DNA of 59,465 nucleotides, the filler included, from Malassezia furfur (taxonomy: Eukaryota): NCBI GenBank assembly GCA_052055015.1. It is 3 parts of 3 records of this genome, joined end to end, with 100 filler letters (N's around TTAATTAATTAA, not from the genome) between each part and the next. Parts side by side here need not be neighbours in the genome. Positions count along the whole stretch, not along the records: positions 39,869 to 59,465 come from JBQJIT010000185.1; 2 more parts are not named here. The stretch is one strand, 5' to 3'. Of the stretch, positions 57,159 through 59,465 are shown piece after piece. Numbering within the stretch: position 1 is the stretch's first letter; every line of letters starts with the position of its first letter. Below the pieces are notes generated by a model. The model ran no database searches. It worked only from the letters and a program-made list of their open reading frames with translations, and was not told where the DNA came from. A program made the position numbers and the translations under genes.

Positions 57159-57684
57159 GGCGGATTCGGGAGAAATTCGTCGTTCTCGGCACCAAACTTC
57201 TCCCCGTTTTTATAATATTCTGGCTTGCCACCAGTTCCGGGCCGTAGGCTGGTGCGTCACTAGCAATATGCACGGACCCTCGAGAGAATTGTTTCCAGCC
57301 TGGTTCGATGCGCCGTGAGATCCATCGGACCAATCACATTCGCAATAGCGTCGTCAAAGGTTCATAGGGTCAGGTGATTTATATAAGCAGCGTGCAGCAG
57401 CAGGTCCCTACCGAGAGCGCGCAACAGGCGAGCAAGCTTGCCTCGGCGAAATGGCGGCCTCCCACTCGCTAGTGGATCCCTGTGCCACTGACGCGTCCGC
57501 TGCATAGCGGCGAATCCTGAAAATGATCCAAGTGCCAAATTAGGAACCTGTGGCGTGTTCATGGTGCGGTTTTGAGCGGAGGGCAACCTTGATAAGAATC
57601 TGTCGCGCGCCTCTTCTCCCGTCGTAACCTCCGTCCTCGTTCAGAAAGCAACGCGAAAAAGCAGAGCCCGTGTCTACAAAGTGC

Positions 57685-59265
57685 ATGGCTGCCATTATCA
57701 AGAACACGGCTTTTGGGGATCTCCTGCATTTCATATCGGGGGGGAAGCTGTGCAGAACTGCCACGGAGCAACATGTGCAGTCCCACTCAGAGGAATACTT
57801 TGAGACGGACCCGGATACGGGCGAGATCATTGTTGACTGGTACGGCGAAGACGATCCCGAGAACCCGTACAACTGGCCGTTTTTGTACAAGGCCTACGTG
57901 AACATTCTCTTGTTCAGTATGACGATGTCAGTGTACATGGGCAGTAGCATCGTCTCACCAAGTATACCCGACCTAGCCCAATACTTCAGCGTCTCTGAGA
58001 CCGTCGCTACCCTCTCCATGTCGCTCTTTGTATGGGCGTACGGATTCGGGCCCATGATTCTGTCCCCCATCACTGAAATTTCATGGATTGGACGAAACGG
58101 ACCGTACATCATCGGTCTCGGGCTGTTTACTGTGATGCAAGTACCCAACGCGTTGGTAAACAACCTTGCCGGCTACCTAGTGCTCCGATTCATTTCAGGG
58201 TTCTTAGGGAGCCCGGTCCTTGCGACAGGCGGTGCCACAGTCGGTGATATTTGGCGCATCGACGGCGGCTTCATGAATGGCCTCGCATTTTGGGGGCTGG
58301 GCGCGGCGGGGGGACCCAATTTGGGACCCCTCTTGTCGAGTTACGCCGTACAAAACAAGGGGTGGCGCTGGTCGCTCTGGCCGCTACTCTGTCTCAACGG
58401 CATTGTCTGGATCGTGCTCTTTTTCACGCTTCCCGAGACCAGCGGCCAGACCATCCTTACGCGTCGCGCCAAGACGCTCCGCAAGGAGACGGGCAACGAC
58501 CGCTTCCGCTCACGCGGCGAAATTGAAGACCGCAAAATCTCGCTGAGCTCGTTGCTATACGAAACCTTTTGCCGTCCCATCCAGCTGACGGTCACAGAAC
58601 CGGTGCTGCTTTGCTCGAATCTCTACATTGCCTATCTATAGGGTATTGTGTACTGCTTCTTCGAGGCATTCCCGCTTGCCTTCCAAGGTAGGCATGGATT
58701 CTCGCTCGGTGCGATGGGAGTTTCTTATGTGTCTGGCTTCATCGGCTGTACCGTTACCTTTTTGCTGTTTTGCGTATACAACCTAAAGCTTGTCATTCCA
58801 CGCTTCAAGCAGGGGAAATGGCGTCCGGAATACCGTATGGAACCTGCATTTGTTGGTGGCCTCTTGTTCCCTGCTTCTCTCTTCTGGTTTGGGTGGACGT
58901 CCTTTGGGGCTGTGCCATGGATCGTTCCCCTTCTGGCGTTTGCTTGCTTTGTGTGCGCGACCTTTTTGCTTTTCCAAGGATTCCTTTCGTATATTGGCGA
59001 AAACTTCCCACGGTTCTTGGCATCCGCGTACGCGAGTAATGGGCTGTTCCGAGCACTCGTCGGAGGGGCATTCCCGGTTTTTGCTACGCAAATGTTCAAC
59101 CGTCTAACCTTGCAAGGCGGCTGCAGTCTTCTTGGCGGTCTTGCTGCACTATTGATTCCCATTACCATTGTATTCTACATGTACGGTGCGAAGCTTCGCG
59201 CCATGTCGAAGCGCGCCGGCCGTGAACAGAAACCCCCTTCTGGTGAAAAGGTAGAAGAGGCATAG
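57685..59265 (+). pseudogene. DHA1-family MFS drug:H+ antiporter with one in-frame TAG
   Basis: VDWYGEDDPENPYNW, LRFISGFLGSP, LPET, LYIAYL*GIVYCFFEAFP (TAG 58639-58641), PEYRM and ASAYASN. Confidence 0.85.
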
Positions 59266-59408
59266 GCACGGCACAAACTGTTCTATTTTAGTTCCAGATT
59301 GCATTCGCACTCCATTCCTAGTAGAATCCTTCGTACGCCTATGCCGGATCCACGGCGCACGTTCGCCCAAGTTTACTACAAATAACATAATCACAAAGTG
59401 TACGATTG

Positions 59409-59465
59409 CTAGGATTAGGATTAGGATTAGGATTAGGATTAGGATTAGGATTAGGATTAGGATTA
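59409..59465 (+). repeat. Telomeric repeat (TTAGGA)n, right chromosome end
   Basis: CTAGGA, then 8 perfect TTAGGA units, then TTA at the sequence end; G-rich strand points outward. Confidence 0.93.

Noticed and set aside
41980..59265. Alternative genetic code (stop reassignment)
   Set aside because: TAG, TGA and TAA all terminate normal genes in this window, and the internal stops replace different residues.

Overview
Eukaryotic (fungal) DNA. The very compact, GC-rich gene order, tiny GT-AG introns, LIP-family secreted lipases and terminal (TTAGGA)n repeat point to a Malassezia-like basidiomycete yeast (inference, M. furfur-like). Two artificial 100-nt linkers (N44-TTAATTAATTAA-N44) split the window into three ~20-kb pieces, so adjacency across them is not guaranteed. 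Bases 1-41.8 kb hold densely packed housekeeping genes: PKC1, SEN1, DDB1, porin, IGO1, MED21, SPC105, DUS1, VPS28, SEC59, U1-70K, PRE10, SRC1, ERF2, RIO2, NPC2, MRE11, CAF40, CWC21 and an AVT transporter. Bases 42-59.4 kb are an intron-free subtelomeric block with four lipases, a Zn2Cys6 factor, an FTR1/FET3 pair, an aldo-keto reductase and a DHA1 MFS transporter, ending in the telomere. Main observations: (1) about 35 ultra-short introns, many only 21-22 nt; (2) five of the nine subtelomeric genes carry point lesions at conserved codons (four in-frame stops, one ATG>ACG); (3) a junction near 19.36 kb fuses truncated GCD7 to another truncated gene; (4) degenerate telomeric repeats after FET3 may mark an older chromosome end. 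Gene models were built by eye; no database searches were run.
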